Below, piece by piece: positions 62,639-64,000 of a stretch of 64,000 bases of DNA; position 1 is the first letter of the stretch, and each line of letters begins with the position of its first letter. A program made the translations under genes and the position numbers. The notes beneath the pieces were generated by a model. That model did no database searches, was not told where the DNA came from, and saw nothing but the letters and a program-made list of their open reading frames with translations. The DNA is from a virus: the IMG/VR virus record IMGVR_UViG_3300035145_002886. One strand, given 5' to 3'.

Positions 62639-62893
62639 ATGTTTAAAAAAAATCAATCTACTGGCCGAAAATACGATTACCCTAACGGCTATCTTCCAAA
62701 GATCGCTTATCATATGGCTGGTAACTGTCCTGCCTCAGTTGAACTCTTCACTAAGCGTCAAATTGCCCGCTACGGTAACATCACTCCCGAACAAATGTTG
62801 TGGATCTGTAAAGAAGTTGCTAAGATCCAGCGCATCTGGGCCTCTGAAGAGCGAGAGCTTAATAGTCACTTAGGCGTTATTAATCGCTTCTAA
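62639..62893 (+). CDS. hypothetical early protein
   Basis: Behind the class-I promoter at 62577-62626. Confidence 0.65.
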   Translation: MFKKNQSTGRKYDYPNGYLPKIAYHMAGNCPASVELFTKRQIARYGNITPEQMLWICKEVAKIQRIWASEERELNSHLGVINRF

Positions 62894-62900
62894 AGATATA

Positions 62901-62924
62901 GGGTCCCTAGCGGACCCCCTTTTA
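62901..62924 (+). terminator. intrinsic terminator
   Basis: GGGTCC-CTAGC-GGACCC followed by CCTTTTT. Confidence 0.6.
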
Positions 62925-63070
62925 CTTACCACTTAAGTTGTAACGGGAACCCCACCCGAGACCGAGTAGACTCCGTCACGCACTTATTTTTTAAGTAAAA
63001 TAATTTGTTCCGGATTTTACCGTGTCAAGTTTTTTGTTTATATTTAATAGTAATTAAAAGTTAAAGCAAT

Positions 63071-63355
63071 ATGATCCCAAAAGCTAGTTTTCTGAATCCA
63101 CATTCTTTGAACAACGGAACATTCCAATTCTTTAAAGTTCAACAGTTTGATTGGAACAAAGAGACCAAGACATTCGTACAAGAGGCAAGCATGCTCGGAA
63201 TCGGATCTCCAGCAGCTACCATAATGCTTACTAACCCAGAAACTGGTAAGCGCAAAAGCTTTAAGTTGTGCGGAGTTAATCGTAACTCAGATGAAATTTA
63301 CGGTTGGAAGTACAAAACTAACTGTGGTATTAAAGTCCTAATCATTAACGACTAA
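63071..63355 (+). CDS. hypothetical early protein
   Basis: Behind the class-I promoter at 63010-63060. Confidence 0.65.
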   Translation: MIPKASFLNPHSLNNGTFQFFKVQQFDWNKETKTFVQEASMLGIGSPAATIMLTNPETGKRKSFKLCGVNRNSDEIYGWKYKTNCGIKVLIIND

Positions 63356-63439
63356 AACTTTTTTGAAAATAATCACTCCAGATTTTTTTATGTCAAGAAA
63401 AAGGTTTATATTAGTACTGTAATTAAAGCTATAAGCATT

Positions 63440-63751
63440 ATGTCAAAAGAAAAAGTAATCATCACCGCTCAGTATTTCGAAAACTATAACGTTGGCCCTG
63501 ACGGGTTCAATACTTATGGTGATGGGTTGCCACATTGGAAGCCGAAAGGCGGAGCTAATTTCGTAATCGAGATGGATGCTGATATTCTTCTTTACTGTGA
63601 TAATAAAGAAGAGGTGTTCCAAGCGATGCTGGACAAGCATTCGAATGAGGCTTGTCGTTATGAGTACCGTGATTATGAGATTCAATGGGGAGAGCCCCAA
63701 GTGTTAGGTACTGAAGATGACTTCTTAAATTCAATGAAGTTAGTAGCCTAA
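63440..63751 (+). CDS. hypothetical early protein
   Basis: Behind the class-I promoter at 63378-63427. Confidence 0.65.
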   Translation: MSKEKVIITAQYFENYNVGPDGFNTYGDGLPHWKPKGGANFVIEMDADILLYCDNKEEVFQAMLDKHSNEACRYEYRDYEIQWGEPQVLGTEDDFLNSMKLVA

Positions 63752-63866
63752 TGAAACAAAGAGTCGGTTATATCTATAATAAATAACCAAAAATAATTCA
63801 ACCCAGATTTTTCTGTGTCAAGAATTATGTTTATATTAGCACTGTAATTAAAAATAAATCAACAAT

Positions 63867-64000
63867 ATGAGTATTCAAACACTTTCTTCAGACGTCCTTC
63901 AGAGCCGTCGCGCAGAAACCTTAAATGCACAGGCACTGCGTAAAACTGTAGCCGTTCGCGATCTTAATATCGTTGACGACAAGACTATCGAGCTGAATGG
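63867..64000 (+). CDS. hypothetical protein (partial)
   Basis: MSIQTLSSDV... open to the window end; class-I promoter at 63803-63850. Confidence 0.55.
   Translation, partial: MSIQTLSSDVLQSRRAETLNAQALRKTVAVRDLNIVDDKTIELN

Overview
A gene-dense, AT-rich 64-kb segment, almost all on the minus strand until a strand switch at about 61.6-61.9 kb. It is most consistent with a large T4-like/jumbo dsDNA phage of Bacteroidota (probably Flavobacteriia). Support: a Bacteroidota-type bS21, repeated TAnnTTTG-type promoters, T4 gp42/gp56/Rnl1-like genes, PhoH and collagen-like fibre genes. Modules in order: (1) 0.5-14.5 kb, RNA end-healing/tRNA-repair enzymes plus eight proteins sharing an MKHIKLFEQF-type N-terminal tag; (2) chaperone, protease and host-like genes (DnaJ, Hsp20, ClpP, ClpC without N-domain, M42 peptidase, bS21); (3) 17-41 kb, three long Gly-X-Y collagen fibre genes among enzymes resembling the animal collagen Lys pathway (GT25/COLGALT-like domain fused to a PLOD-type lysyl hydroxylase, a separate PLOD-type GT domain, a P4H-like oxygenase) and other glycan-tailoring genes; (4) 43-59 kb, a candidate cytosine hypermodification pathway (dCMP hydroxymethylase-like, dCTPase, aGPT-Pplase1-like transferase, FkbM methyltransferase, HAD phosphatase, inositol-phosphate synthase, BGT-N/SGNH fusion); (5) arrays of micro-ORFs joined by a conserved junction, a GC-rich non-coding stretch and a divergent early region. 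Three promoter classes can be read from the DNA. I recognised no tRNA, rRNA, CRISPR array or integrase. All family assignments come from motif recognition by eye, not database searches.
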